Source: the human T2T-CHM13v2.0 reference genome, Homo sapiens. Taken from it: DNA of 64,000 nucleotides. The notes beneath the pieces are model-generated. The model made no database searches. It was not told the origin of the DNA and saw only the letters and a list, made by a program, of their open reading frames with translations. Below are positions 1 to 18,779 of this stretch, in pieces; position 1 is the first letter of the stretch; each line of letters starts with the position of its first letter. The translations under genes and the position numbers were made by a program. The stretch lies in NCBI RefSeq assembly GCF_009914755.1, contig NC_060925.1; one strand, 5' to 3'.

Positions 1-2965
<2,965 letters not shown>

Positions 2966-3889
2966 TGAAAAAGCATGTTTGAACCTAAAACAAGAAAAAT
3001 TTTAATGCTTGTGAGAAAAACGAAGAAGCCCAGCATCATTGGTGCTAAGAGACATGGAGGACAGTGGCATGAAATGAGGCTGGGGAGGCAGGCAGGGTCC
3101 AGCCATATTAAGGGAGTCCCCCAATGTGCACACTTGATCCTAATACAGTGGAGTTCAGAGTTAGGGTGAACTTTATAAAAGCAGAGCTGGGACTGGTTAC
3201 CTGGGTTCAATCGTATGAGCTAAAAGAGCTCTGGGGTGAAGGCTGATTTACCAGCATGTGGCTGAGTCTGGAAGCCCCTTTGCATGCAGTCACCCTGGCA
3301 TGGGAGATATGGTTTAGGAAGAGGATGAACATCGGCCAACAGAGCTATAATCGTGGCTATCCTGTAGCCAAGTGTCCCACTACAGGCATGCAATTCTCTC
3401 TGAAGGACCCGCCACCACCATGGCCAGTGCAGGGGATGTGGACCAACCAAGGATATCACGGAAGTGTTAGACAGGAATGGGCCAGTCAAATGTGCCCAGC
3501 CTACAAATGGGATGCCATGGGACAGTCAATGATGGCCAAAAGGATGGACTCAATGATGGCCTGGCATACTCTCAAGTTCTCCCTTTGCTTGGCATTTGAA
3601 TGCCAGATCGACTCCTTTGAATTAGGCCTAAAAGGGATATTGAACACCTTCTAATCTGAACAGACTGAAGCTCCAGTGGTTATTGTGAATATTAAAAAAG
3701 AGGCAGGCTTCATTTTTATTCCAAGCTGGTGAAGCTGGCCATACAAGTTTCACTAAACTAAAGGATAGAACGCCATCAAACACATTTAGCAAGGACGTGT
3801 CAACATCAGAATTATATTTCTAAAAGATTATTCTGAATACTGTGTGAGGAATAAATTAAGGGAGAGGAAGAGAACAAAGACAGGGAGAT

Positions 3890-4320
3890 TTTATTAGTTA
3901 GAAATGCTTTCAGCTTCATGTAATAGAATACCCAACATAGCTTAAAACCTGTAATGACATTGTTTACCCATAGGAAATCAGGAAATAAGACCTCCTCAGG
4001 GATGGCATTGTTAGAAACCCAGGCTTTATCCATTCTTCTGCACCACCATCCTCCACATATTGGCTATGTATGCTTTTGCTTGTTCCCTCATTGTAGCAAG
4101 ATGACTGCCTCAGCTCCAGACCCAATAATCATGTTCAAGGCAGGGAGAAGGGGGAGGGGACAGTACTAGACACCTTCTATTCTTTTTCTCAGTAAAGCAA
4201 AACTTTCCCAGGAGCCCATCATAGATGTCTTTTTACATTTCATTGGTCAAAACTGGGTCACACTGCCCCTCTAATTGCAAGCAAGGCTGGAAAATTGAGT
4301 ATCTGGCAAAGAGGAACAAT
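3890..4320 (-). mobile_element. Old ERVL-MaLR solo LTR (MLT1J/K-like)
   Basis: tattagttagaaatgctttcagct...; cattggtcaaaactgggtcaca...gcaaggctggaaaattgagtatct, typical MLT1 motifs. Confidence 0.65.
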
Positions 4321-4439
4321 GTTCTTCATAACGACTCAGTACCTAGATCTAGGCACATGGCTGCCTGAAGCCATGTAGGGGTTCTTACAGGCAAGTAAAT
4401 AGGGAAATTATGTTGGGTAGGAAATAAATAATGATGGTC

Positions 4440-4830
4440 ACAGAGGCTAGAGATGATGGCCTGGACTAAGAGGGTGACATTGAAGATAGAGATGTTTAAG
4501 AGATGTAAGTTACAGAGCTTGATGATGGGATGTGGAGAATGAAGAAGAGGAAGAAGCCAAGTATGATTTCCAGTTTTCAGCTTGGGCAGCCAATAGATTA
4601 TGATGTCATTTACTAAGACAGAGAACACAAGGAAGAAACACAGGTATGGAGAAGATGAATAGCCTACTTTTAGACATTTTGAGTTTGAAGGGTCTGTATA
4701 TATCTAAGTATTAATATCAAATATGGAGGTGGGTAGATGGCTGTGGAGTGTAGGAGAAAGGTCTGGGCTATAGGGATGGACCTGAGTGTCACTGGAGGCC
4801 ATGGGAATGGATGAGTTTATTAGAGAGGAT
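4440..4830 (-). mobile_element. L2 fragment
   Basis: ggcctggactaag..., ttttagacattttgagtttgaag, ggccatgggaatggatgag. Confidence 0.65.
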
Positions 4831-5029
4831 GCTTTGGGTTGCACAGAAAGAAATGTAACCTGAACAAGGTTAAGGAGAGAAAAAGGACATTTTTGGGTCA
4901 CACAGCAGAACACACATGGGATGGGGCTGAATTTTGGCATAAGAACACGTAGCACTCACACACGGAGGCTGGGTTTCTCTCTTACCCCCAGCTCTGCTTT
5001 AGTTTATCTTTTATAAGATAAGCCATTCT

Positions 5030-5170
5030 TGGGTATATTATTTCACTGTATCCTCAGGATTATCCTTTGAAGCAAGTATATTATTGTCCCCATTTTAAAG
5101 ATGAAAAACAAAAGCCTAACAGAGTGGCGTTTTGTCATTCAAGAGAAGAGCCATATTCAGATTTGTAGTC
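5030..5170 (-). mobile_element. MIR fragment
   Basis: core ccccattttaaagatgaaaaac. Confidence 0.6.
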
Positions 5171-5689
5171 TGCAAGGGACACTAATCTTTGACCCTCAGA
5201 GCTCCTGAATCTTTGGCCACAGTCATAAAGGGCCTTTTGATGAAACTGTAAACTGTGTCCTTCCTGCTCTCCTGTGGCCTAGCATGACTGATGATTGTCT
5301 CTGTCTTGCAGCAACTCACTGAAGGTCAGCAAATGCTGACAAACACAATTTTAGTTCCCAGCATTTTTCTATAAGTCCTCTAAGTCACTGCTCCAAGAGT
5401 TGTTTGACTTTGTTTAACATGGGAATGATTTAAGAACATATTAAAAAGTGAATAAGATCCAAGAGAGCAGAAAAGTTTGAAGATACAGGAAACAGAGGTG
5501 AGGAGGTGACAGGGCATGGGATCCATAGCACCAGTGGAAAGATTGGCTGCCCACAGTCATCTCTCCTTGTAACAGCAAGGCTGGAGAGGAGGATGGGTAA
5601 GGACGCAGGGGAGATGTGCGTATTTATGTTGGCTCTGTCTACCCCATTTCAATCCTCTTCTATATTACCTTCCTCTAGTATAAGGGCTG

Positions 5690-6325
5690 GAAAGGAAAAT
5701 GCTTAAATGTCTAGTGTCCCTTGCAGCTAGTGATGTTCATGAGATGAGTTCTACTCAAAGGGAGGGGGAGCTATCCCCGAGGAGGCCTTCCCTTCCTGAA
5801 TAATCAGAGCCAAGGCCTTCTAGCAGTGGGCTTTTCCCTCTCCCTGACCATTTTCACCCTCTTCTTGACTGGAAATTTAGCAGTTACTTTGCAACCATGA
5901 GGAGAAAGGCTAAACACTGAGGATGATAGAACAGAAAAAGAGAAAGAGCCTGGTACCTTAATGACCTCCTTGAGCAGCTGTACCTGCCCGGGACTGCCCA
6001 CTCCCAGACTTCTTGTTGCATGGAAGGGACAGAAACAAAGAAACAAAGAAACAAGGAAGGGCAGGGAGGGGGAGGGGAGGGGAGGAGAGAAGGAAGGTAG
6101 AAAGGATGGTAAGAAAAGGAAAGAAAGGTGAGGGGAGGGGAGGGGGAAAGGGGAGGGGATGGGAGGGAAGGGGAAGGAAGGGAAGGGGAGGGAAGGGGAA
6201 GGAAGGGGAGGGAAGGGGAAGGAAGGGGAGGGAAGGGGAAGGAAGGGGAGGGAAGAAAAGAACTTTCTTGGTTAGGCCACAATTTGTCAAGATTTCCTTT
6301 ACCCATAACTAAATATGAATCTGAC
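5690..6325 (+). mobile_element. Old MaLR LTR (MLT1-like) interrupted by a purine repeat
   Basis: cccttgcagctag, ttgcaaccatgagg, agagcctggtaccttaatgac, ccagacttcttgt. Confidence 0.55.
6055..6255 (+). repeat. Homopurine G/A-rich repeat, (GGAAGGGGAR)n core
   Basis: 6181-6255 is alternating GGAAGGGGAG / GGAAGGGGAA decamers. Confidence 0.95.
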
Positions 6326-8485
6326 TGATGTATCCCCTAGGGGTATATCTTGGATGTCTCCTTTCTTTCATAGGGACACCACTCCCCTGGCAGCTATGGA
6401 CATAATATTGATAGCAGTAGATGCCGGGGCTCAGTGGGGCACCCCAGAGAACACATGGGTGTCAGACTCCATTAGAAGTTCCAATGGAGAGCAGTAGGTG
6501 TTGGGGTGGCAGAGTCAGAGGACTCCCCCTTCAGTAAGAATGATGAAGACAAGAGAAAGCAGAGAAGCATGTGGTGTGCAGAGAGGGCAGTTGACTAGGG
6601 TCAGTTCACTTGGTCCTAACCCTAGGCCTGCTACTGACCTGCTGCGTGACCTATCTGGGCCTCATGCTTCTCATCTATGGAAAGAAAGATTTGGGGGAAC
6701 CAGTGGTTCCCAATTTTTTTAACATCAAAAAGAAGGATCCCATATTTTGAAAAATTGTACCCACCAAACTGCATTTATCAAATAATTTATTTTTCCATGA
6801 GGACACTGTGTTGATATAATTCTAGCCAAAAGCAAAGAAAAGCAACCTTTTACTTTAGCCTATTCAATCTTACCATATGATGAAAATTCCACGAGTTCTT
6901 TGGAGAAATTGAAAGTGTCTCTCAGGTCCCCATGATTACTTTTAAGGACTCGGAGTGACCCAGGGTTGCCCTACAGCAGCCACTGGCCTGGGAGAGCCCA
7001 GAGGTCCAACTCTACCTTCCATGATGCTGGAGCCCTGAGCCCCAGGTGAGACAGCATAGGTACCTTTTCCATCCTGCTCCCAGGCTCAGTTCTGACTTCT
7101 GGTGCCAAGAGCTGCCTCACGAGTTTTAGGAAAAACAAGCCTGTCCAGATGGCACATTCCCACTGGTCTAAAGAAGCCTCGTTTGTCCTGCCAGCCCTCC
7201 TCAAAGGCAACCTTCCTCCACTCACCCCTCCTCCGTCCTCACCCCAGGAAAGAGCTGTCTAACCTCAACCTTCATCCCAGTTACCTTGCTGTGCGACCTT
7301 TGTTATCTGCAAGTAACCTGGAGGTCCTCGCATCCAGTCTGAGGAACAGGCTCTGAGCCTTTCCCTCTAGCATCCCTGACTATTGGTGAAGAGGAAGAGG
7401 CAGAGACTATCAATCCAGTTGATTAAAGGCTGTAATGGAATATCCAATATTCCATTGGAGAACGGAATGATGAATTCTGCTTTGACATGCAAAAGGGCAG
7501 GGAGAAGTAAAAGAGGAGGTATTGTCCGAGTTAGGGCCTGAAGGGTTAAGGGAGAAGCCAGAGGAGTCCCACAACAGAACATTGGGCTGAGCTGGGAAAG
7601 GACAGGGCTTGCATCCTGGTTAGCAACTCATTTGGTTGAGTTTACTTAAGGCCTCCCTTCCTCTCTTCTGCCCACAAATATTTATTGGCATCTTTTTTGT
7701 GCCACGTGCCCTGTTAGGTGGGAGAAACAAATATGAATAAGACATTCCTTTCCTTGAAGGAGCTTGTAGATTACTGGGAAGACAAACATGTAGAACTTCC
7801 TCCAGCCCTGGTCCTACATAGAGGACATACCTTCAAGGAGACATACCATAGATCCCAGAGTAGCATCTTGCTTGACCCCTTCATGATGCCAAGCAGCCTG
7901 CCACCGAGCCTAGAAACAGCCTCAACATCTTACCTCCAGGGCTCTCTTACAGTCTGTCCCATCTTGATGGTTGAAGAGATACTGAGTCTTCTCTGTCTGC
8001 TCTGAAAGCTGTAGAATTTTCCTGGCTGAAGGCTGGAGACTGAGCCAGATGACACTGTCTGCTCCAAGAGTCTATGGTGGGGGGAGGGGTTCTAAAGAAG
8101 CCTCAGAACTTGCCCTTCCCCTCAGACAGTCTTAAGGAGGGCAGAAGGAGGGACCCTTAGGAGGCCAAGCTACATCTGCTCTCCTAATTGTTTCTATTAA
8201 TAGAAGAGGTGATAGGATAGTTTTCCCTTGTGCCTCACTGCCCTGGAGTCTAGATCTGGACAGAGGACAGGGGACAAACTTATGGAGTATGGGCAGTTGA
8301 TGGAGAGGCCATGGGGGAAATATCACAAAATAATCCTCAGAGTGCTATGACCCTGGTAGATCTTGGGGGAAAGAGGCCAATGCTGATCAGTTCTTTTCAA
8401 TCATCTCTACCAGGCATCTCCGAAGATCAGGTGCTCCTGTGAGGAGTTACCAGGAAGAGGAAGGCTCATTCCTTCAAGGTGCTCA

Positions 8486-8899
<414 letters not shown>

Positions 8900-8902
8900 C
8901 TA

Positions 8903-9076
<174 letters not shown>

Positions 9077-9099
9077 ATTTATATATTTAGATAAGCCAT

Positions 9100-9760
<661 letters not shown>

Positions 9761-10629
9761 AGCAATGTCTGCCATGGCCCTAAAGAATGAGTAGAATATG
9801 CTGGACGATGTGGGGAAGGACTTCCAGGCAGGGGAAACAGCAAGAGCAAAATCTCAGTGTGGGATGGGAGGGTGCCAGGTGTGTTTGGGGAATTGGAAAC
9901 AGCCCAATTGGAGCAGACGATGTCATCTAGTTCAGTTGGAGCTTAGTGGGAAGGATGGACAGGGCAGTTTGCATGGCCTGGGTTTGTGGACTTGCCCTCC
10001 TGCCCAAACTCATACTCTGTGGTGCAGTGGATCAGGTGATGGGGGACCAGTAACAGCAGACAGTGAGCAACATCTGAAAAAGTCAGGTTCAGCTGCAACA
10101 GTAGACAGTGATTGGAATTCAGAGAAAAGCAAACTATGACACATCTCCTGACAGCCTGGCAATGACAGGCACAGGGCAGAAGCCTGCTGGCCTGGACTGA
10201 TGGGCACACTCAAGCCAAAACAGACCCCCGCAAGATAACCTATTGTCCTGAGTAAACAGCTGAATGAGATCCATGCAGCAGCCTCTTGTCTAAGGTCTGT
10301 TTATTATTGTTATTCTCCCTCCCCACGTCTGTCTTCTCTGTCTCAGCTCTTCCAGGCTGCAGTAACCAGCTGCAGGATCATGCAGAGCAGACAGGCTGTG
10401 CAAAGGGGTTGGTGTGGAGGGTGCAGATTCCAGCTCTAGGGTGTGTGACAGCTCTTTATTTGACTCTTCCTGGAAGTTCCTGAGATGACCTCTATACAAA
10501 GAGAGGGGAGGGGGCTGCAGCTACCCTATGCTGTACCTACATCATAGATTCCCAGCTTCCTTGACTGGGAGGCACTTCAGAGGTCTTGGACTCCATCTGT
10601 CTACCATCAGCAAACCTATCTAAACTGCT

Positions 10630-10850
10630 GGCTCTGAAGCTTAATGTACATATGAGTCACCTCACCTTGTGAGCTTATTAAGAATACATTTCCTTTTCTA
10701 GCTCTTGGGAACTTGGTAAGGAAAGAAAAAAGAATACATTTCCAAGGCTCATCCCCAAGGACTCTGATTCCCTAGCTCTGTGGAGTCTAGGAATCTGCAT
10801 TTTACCAAGGCACACAGGAGAGTCTGATGCGATTGGTTGGTTCTCAGCCA
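10630..10850. mobile_element. MER5-like hAT-Charlie relic
   Basis: ctctgattcc...ggaatctgcattttaccaag. Confidence 0.55.
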
Positions 10851-11690
10851 CGCTGTTTTAAAAAACTTTTCACAAATATATATCCCTAGGTTTCAGTTCC
10901 AGTTCTGCCACTAACTATGATCTTAGACAATTCATTTTACCTCTCTGAATCTGTTTCTTCACCTAAAAATGAAAAACCTTTTCAGTTTAAATCATTTTTT
11001 GTTAACATTCTCAGGCAGTTACACTTCAGCATCATTTTAGGTGGGTAATTCTCAAATAGGTTTTCATGTGGGGTGTTTGTTCTCTGAGAAGAGCCTCCTG
11101 GAGATTCTGAGTGCCCTGCCATGGGGCTTGCCCACTTCCCTTTCCTAGATTTCAGAACACTTCAAATCGCCACATTCATGCCATTCCATAGCAGTTTAGA
11201 TTTGTCATTTGTGCCTCAATAGCAGTCCACGAGGGTCTGAGCCCAGAACCTGGACTCATGTTTGGTTGCTGATTCTAATTTCTGTTCCCCCAGATGGAAT
11301 CCCTCACCTTCCCTTGGGAACCACTTTCTGTGTGGACTTTCCTCAGTGCGGCTCATTTCTTCCTGCTGGCCTCTGAGGCGGTGGGATCAACAGGTCAATG
11401 TCTTGCTCCACATCTGTCACGGGGCTTCTGGCCTCCCCTCAGCCTCCCCTTTCTTCTTCTGTCCCCTTCTGACCTCTGTGTCCTTCGCATTACTTTTTGG
11501 GGACCTTCTTCAGTTTCTCACATGTTATTAAAGGCCAGGACCAAGGAGTTAGGGGCTAGGAGGGGTAGAGCATTATTTAAGAGGCAGGGAGTAAGGTTCT
11601 AATACCACTTTGATCAGCCCCCATCCAATCAGTTCTTGGTTTCTGGAAAAGTGCAATCCCTTCGATTCATGGGGTGCTAGGGCTACAATG

Positions 11691-12140
11691 TGCCAGGTCT
11701 GTCCTGCAGACCCCGGCCGACAGATGAAATGAGTACTCAGACATAGGTATGCAATGTAAGAGCAGCCAGAGGACTGCCTGGTGCAAGTGGCCAGAGCGCA
11801 GCCCTGGGAAGCTGGAGCTGCTTGCTTTTATTCAGGGCAGGTGCAATGCTGAAAAACCTGGAGCCAACACAACCTGAAGGTAATTAACATTTATTGTTCC
11901 CCTTTCAGGGAACTTCACATGCAGGGATGATCAAAGGTCAGTTCCTGGTCAACATAACAAGATTGTTTAAGATCAATTCCCCCACACTCCCTTGTACCTA
12001 CTCCTTGCCCTCTGTCTCAGGGTTATAGAACAGCTGCTTCCAGCTATTCTCCCCAGGGGCTCTGCAGACCCTTCCAACCTTTCAGAAGGTTTGTGTCCTT
12101 TCCCTATAGTTTTTCCCACCACTCTGAGTGATCTCCTACA
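11691..12140 (-). mobile_element. 3' LTR (LTR22 family)
   Basis: Minus strand TGTAGGAGATC...GGCA; preceded by polypurine tract AAAAGGGAGAGA; AATAAA on minus near 11827-11832. Confidence 0.9.
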
Positions 12141-12374
12141 TCTCTCCCTTTTCTGTTTTTTGCATCAGGTTTAGTTGATTGAAGCGTACAGATGTGTGCA
12201 GCGACAGGTTTGACAGGTGCAGCGGTTACAGCTTGTGTTCCAGCTTTGCATCCTTACAAGAGTTGCAATGTACAACAGACAGCATAGCAAGGAACAGATT
12301 ATCTGGAGTGAATGGTGTCTGTGATTCACTTAGCCTCCTGAGTTGTCTTATTCAGCATCCCCCAGTTGTCTATT

Positions 12375-12865
12375 TCACATTCCCCATCCGGGACCTGTGT
12401 TGTCCGAGGAAGCTGCATTGTCCGGGGCTGCGGGTCCTACAGGCTCACATTCTTCATTTCCAGTACTGCATTGGGTCCCAGCCATGCCATGGTATGGTTT
12501 GATGCATTGCACTGGAATCCAAAGAGGACCTGAGGGGATGTGAACACAAGCATATCCTCTTCCCCATGTTAGCAAATCATGTGGACTGCACCATAGATTA
12601 CTATTTACATCTTTCCATAACACTGAAGGCTTTGTATCTTGGGAGGTTTTAGCAAAGTGCTTTTCTATGGCTGATTGAAATTTATTATCTAAATTTAAGA
12701 AATTAAGGGTGAATAAGACTTGTGCTAGTAGTGTTGTAGGGTCCTTATTCATATTCCCCCTTTTTTTAAAGCATATTTTTAAGCGTGGAATGGGCACGTT
12801 CCACTATGGCTTGTCCTTGAGGGTTATACGAGATACCCGTGGAATGGTCGATGTTCCATGTGTGC
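12375..12865 (-). pseudogene. Betaretroviral integrase core end + C-terminus remnant
   Basis: [23 protein letters not shown] and WKD...W..P..LLTWGRGYACV motifs, with a frameshift/stop between them. Confidence 0.9.
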
Positions 12866-13841
12866 TCTTAATTGCCTGGGTTAACTGATGGATAAATTCA
12901 ATAAATGGCTCCTGTGGCCCTTGTTGAACATTTACAAAAGATCCCTGTTGAACTCTGCCTTCGGGAATTTGGTCCTAAGCCCTGAAGATGCATAAGGACA
13001 CTTGTGCATAGGCTTGGGGGACAAAATTTAATTGTTGTTGTACATTAACATAGGGACCCCTCCCCTGGAGCATAGCAGCCGATGTTTTGTCCAGGCAATT
13101 GATTCTGGTTAGCCTGTTGTTCACACAATTCATCATATTCTGCCCTCCAGAGGGGGTATTGACTCGCCTCCTAAAGTTGTTTTAGCTAGCACTGACCAGT
13201 CCCATGGAGTCATATGGTAGTTATCTGCTATTGCCTCAATTAATCCTCTTGTGAATGGGCTAGTGGCCCCATTTTCTCTAATGCTTTTTCTTATTTCCTT
13301 AGAAGTGTTCAATGTAATGGGCTCATGCACCCAATTGCCTTGTTGATCTTGCATCACTGGGCAGGCCAAGAGTTCCCCTTCCAATGCTGCTTGCCTAAGG
13401 CAGGGTCCCATAACTGTAGTATATCGCTTGTCTTCTTCCCAGTTCATTGGGGGGAGGGGGAGGAAAACCTCCGTCTCCTCTTTGGTATCTTTAGCCAGTG
13501 ACGGCAAGGCTGAGGGAGGCTGAGGCATTAAAGTGGGTAGTGGTTCCTCTTCCCTTATCTTTTTGGGCTCTTCTATGAAGAGCAGGGCCAAAGCAACCCT
13601 ATTAGGACCATAACATTAAGATGTTACTGGGACCTACTGCCCTTGCGCACGTCGTTTAAGATTTCTTCCCACTTGTTCCCAGAGCTCTAGGTCTAGTGTA
13701 CCTTCTTCTGGAAACCATGGGTTATGGAAAACAACAGTTTGCATCAGGTCCTTTAATTGGATCTCTGAGACTGAGGCTCTGCTAGCTTTAGGCAATTGTT
13801 TCAATACACTGTTGCTGTTGAGGGGATAACTGTTGTCCCAT
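12866..13841 (-). pseudogene. HML gag remnant (MA to CA major homology region), disrupted
   Basis: MGQQLSPQQQ start at 13841; ORF 13133-13591 (SIRENGATSPFTRGLIEAIA, MTPWDW); MHR QGPQEPFIEFI near 12920. Confidence 0.85.
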
Positions 13842-13960
13842 GATGAAACCCTAGCTGGAAAATCCCCTCAAACTTGGAAATCCCCAGCGGGCACCGATTA
13901 CTTACTGCGCAGTCACTTCACGTTCATTTTCGAGGGTTCCATCATGATCCACTGCGCTGC

Positions 13961-13978
13961 TCCTCACACGGGGCACCA
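13961..13978 (-). other. Primer binding site complementary to elongator tRNA-Met(CAT) 3' end
   Basis: TGGTGCCCCGTGTGAGGA, 2 nt downstream of the 5' LTR; plus strand TCCTCACACGGGGCACCA equals the tRNA-Met 3' 18 nt as I recall it. Confidence 0.88.
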
Positions 13979-13980
13979 CC

Positions 13981-14819
<839 letters not shown>

Positions 14820-14959
14820 CTATAACGTCCCTGCAGGAAGTTGAGCATTCCCAGGTACAGAAAACTCATTACAACTCATAACCTCTCTGGCACTCTGATC
14901 AATTATTAGGCAGTTTCACTGATGAAAAGGAAATAAAATCTTCCTTGTGTTTTAATAAC

Positions 14960-15185
14960 AGGCACTACGGAGCACCTTCTCTATACCAGGGACTTTGCTG
15001 GGCACTATTCAGAAAGAACCCACTGAATTTGGGATTCGGTGGTTTTGTTTGGTTCTATTATTTTCATTTTACAGATGAGGACACTGATAACAAGAGGGTT
15101 TTAGTAACTTGCCCACAGTCTCAAGGCTAGTAAATGGCACTGCTGGTATGAGAGATTAGAACCCCAAGCCTGGGCTTCTTCCACT
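14960..15185 (-). mobile_element. MIR
   Basis: cattttacagatgaggacactga...gtaacttgccca. Confidence 0.75.
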
Positions 15186-15189
15186 GCAT

Positions 15190-15412
15190 TAGAGTTACTT
15201 GACCTTGGCACTCTGATATTTGGGGCTGGATGATTCTTTGCTGTGGAGGGTTATTGTCCTGTGCACTGTGGAATGTGTAGCAGCAGCATCCCTGGCTAGA
15301 TACCCCCCTAGATATCAGTAGCACCTCACCTTCCAGTTGTGACAACCAAAATTGTCTCCAGACATTGCCAAATGCCCTCTTAGGGAAAGGGGAAAACACC
15401 CCTGGTTACTTT
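15190..15412 (+). mobile_element. MER20 (hAT-Charlie)
   Basis: tgtcctgtgcactgt...agcagcatccctggc...agttgtgacaaccaaaa..gtctccagacattgccaaatg. Confidence 0.85.
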
Positions 15413-15538
15413 GTCTGCACTGCATCACATGTTGTCTTTCTCTTTTGAGCTAAAATATTTTCCTCCCACCCAGTGGCCTTGGGTCTCCCCACTGGAGTCA
15501 CAGGGAGGATCTACTTTGTCTTTATTTCCATCAGTCCT

Positions 15539-15833
15539 GGCCGAGTGTGGTGGCTCACGCCTGAGATCTCAACATTTTGGGAGGCTGGGGTGGGAGGATT
15601 GCTTGAGCTCAGAAGTTCAAGACCAGCCAACATAATGAGACCCTGTCCTTACAAAAAAAAATTTTTTTAATTAGCTGGGCATGGTGGTGCACACCTGCAG
15701 TCCCAGCTACTCAAGAGGTTGAGGCAGGAGGATTGCTTGACCCCAGGAGTTCAAGGCTGCAGTGAGCTATGATCATACTATTGCACTCCAGCCTGGATGA
15801 CAGAGCAAGACCTTGTCTATAAATAAATAAATG
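15539..15833 (+). mobile_element. AluJ
   Basis: J-type ggaggattgcttga / gctatgatc; TSD tccatcagtcct at 15527-15538 / 15836-15847. Confidence 0.92.
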
Positions 15834-16359
15834 AATCCATCAGTCCTTCAAATAATGACAAGGGTGTCGCTTGTCTCCAAGTCTCTTCTCCAGCTCAAAC
15901 TCCAAATTTCCTTCACCCTTTCCCAGTACACTATGATTTCTAGGCCTTTCACCATGCTGGTTACTCTCTACTGATAAGCATCAGTTGCAGGGAGAATTGG
16001 GCTACACAAAATAAGAACTCTTCCTTATGGCTCCTCCTTTCCTCCTCTATTAGAAGCAACCCAGCTCAGCTATCATTTCCTTTGTAAAGTGCTTGCTATT
16101 TCTACTCTACTATAGGGTTGGTGTTTTCCTCCTTTGATCCCCATTACCCCTTTTTCCACCTTAAATCCTCATCATTTGTTTATTCTGTCTCCCTATCCAA
16201 GGTTTTATCTCCTCCAGGTCTAATTTGCTATCACATCCCTCTAAGTGCCTAGCATAATGCCCAACACATAGTAGGCTCTCACTAAAAGTCTGATGAATAG
16301 ATGGGTCTATACTGATAGCATGTAATGAGTATTGGGTTTATAGAGGCAAAGTCCTTTGA

Positions 16360-16702
<343 letters not shown>

Positions 16703-18149
16703 CTTTTCTTCTTCTCTTTCATCTCAGTCCCTCTCTCCCCCAGTCTTCTCCAAGGCATACCAACAGGTTGGCAGAGAAAATTAACCAAGAATTATGTGAG
16801 AAATGTGGAACTAGCAAAAGAAGGAACCTTCTAGAGAAGGAACCTTTTTTCCCTTCTCTAGTCTGAGCAGGTTGCTCCAGTGAGGGTTAATTTGTGGATT
16901 GCCAGTGTTAGAATCTAGAGAGATAGCTTCCTCTCTCTCCCTGCCCTCTGAGTTATTTGCAAGGCTACTTATTAGGGAAATTCAATCTCCCAAGAAACTA
17001 CTGCCTGGAAAAATACCTTGCAGCATACATGGTGAACAAGGAGTGCATTAATGGAAGAGGGCGAGTGGTGGTGGGCACTGGACCAATGAGTCCATCAGTC
17101 CCAGAGGCTGGTACCAAAGGCACGTTGTTGTGCCTGGCTGGGGGTGTCTTTCCACCTCCACTCCCCTGGAATCCGGGAGGAATGCAGAATCAATGTGCTA
17201 TTGCTTCCCAGGGCTTCTAGGTTTGGCTGTCCTTCTGGGCCTTTGCTAAATGCTGGGGTCACCTTGAAGTCCAGCTCCCCCCATGAACTGAGCCCAGTAG
17301 GTGCTTGGAGAATAGGGGAAGAAGTCATGGGATACACAGCCCCTGTCCTCAGGGAGCTCTTGGCCTAAGGTGGAGATCTACCTGCCCTTAGGAAGTTAGG
17401 AAGAGAGAATCCCACAGGAAGAAAGCTCAGTGATGCGTGCAGTTAAGCATAAACATCAAAGCCACCTGCTGCTGCTGTGAGATCAGTTCCAAGGTGGGGA
17501 CAGAGACCTTGGAAAGGTCAGAGGAGGAGCATGAGTGGGGCGGAGCACAACCCCCCCTCAACCAATGTGGAAGGGGCTGTGTTGTTTCACCCAGCACAGA
17601 CACAGTACGTGTGTGGGTGGAGGGGGAGGGAGTTGGGGGGTGCTACCCTTAGAGGCATGTGGGTACATACACACTCTGTGGGAGTGGAGAGGCCGGAGGG
17701 CCGTGTGGAGCGAGACATGTCTAGTCCACATTCTTCTCTGATCCGAGGTCAGGGAATGTGACAGGGTGGTTTGGAAAGAGGTCAGATCATAAAGTGGTGG
17801 GGCCTTGTGGACAGAGAGCTGGGCCATGGCCTGTGCCTTAGGCTTGTCACTGGCCAACCCACGAAGTGACTTTGAACAGGTCTCTCTGGCCCAGCATCTC
17901 AGAACTCAAAGCCAGCGCCTGACTTGGGAGACGGGAACCAGGATGGTTGTGCTGGATCGCCCTTGGGCCAAGCTGAGCCTCCTCGCCTCCCTCATCTCAG
18001 CCCAACTTGGCCTCTGCCTTTACCCAGGCTAGGGGCCACTCACCAGGAGGCAAGAAGACAGCAAAAGCAACATCCATGAATGTTTCTATGGCCACAAAAA
18101 TGAACTTAGCATGCATCATGCTACCTCTTCCTCATCAAAATAAAAAGGA

Positions 18150-18730
18150 ATTTGACAGGTGCCAACGGTTGCATCTAACAGGATGAGATTTAACAGGGAT
18201 AAATGTCAGGCCCTGAACTTGGGTTTAAAAATTCAACTGCGTGAGCCCAGAATGATGAAGGCAGGACTCAGAAATGGAAGATGCAGGAAAGTTCTTGGGG
18301 TCTTAAGGGATGGTATGTTTCAAGGAGGTGGCAGAAATGAAATTGGCCCTTCAGCTATACAAATATTTACAGTATAGCACAATCTCATGCTATTCTCAAA
18401 ATAACCTAGGGGAGAAGTACTACCTTATCCCCATTTTGCAGAAAAAGAAACTGAGGCACAGAGAGATTTAAGTAACTTACCTAAGATCTTGTGGTTAGCA
18501 AGTGGTACAGCCAGGATTAATCTGGACCCAGACCCTGAACCCTATGGGATGGAAGCATGGAATTTAGAACAGATGGGCAACAGTCATTCTCCACTCTGTG
18601 CTGACGAGAACCCATTTTCAGGAGTCTTCCATTTCATAGAATAAAAGAAGATCAGCACTTCATATCTTCATTTGAGGCAAAATGGAGCCTATTCAAAAGA
18701 GAGTGTTTAGGGATACTGAAGAAAGGAAAC
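18150..18730 (+). mobile_element. CR1/L3 relic interrupted by a MIR (about 18380-18540, minus)
   Basis: Translates NRMRFNRDKCQALNLG, the CR1 RT C-terminal N.M.FN..KC..LHLG motif. Confidence 0.65.
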
Positions 18731-18779
18731 ACCCTCTTTTCCTTAAATTCTTCATCTTCATCTTCCCAGGTGATCCAGC

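Noticed and set aside
3256-3654. 132-aa Met/Trp-rich ORF and a strong Kozak gccaccaccATGG at 3420
   Set aside because: No recognisable domain or splice context; the Kozak ATG opens only 16 codons. It may be an old repeat I cannot name.
5884-6328. Pro/Ser-rich and Gly/Arg/Glu-rich ORFs
   Set aside because: Translations of the homopurine repeat.
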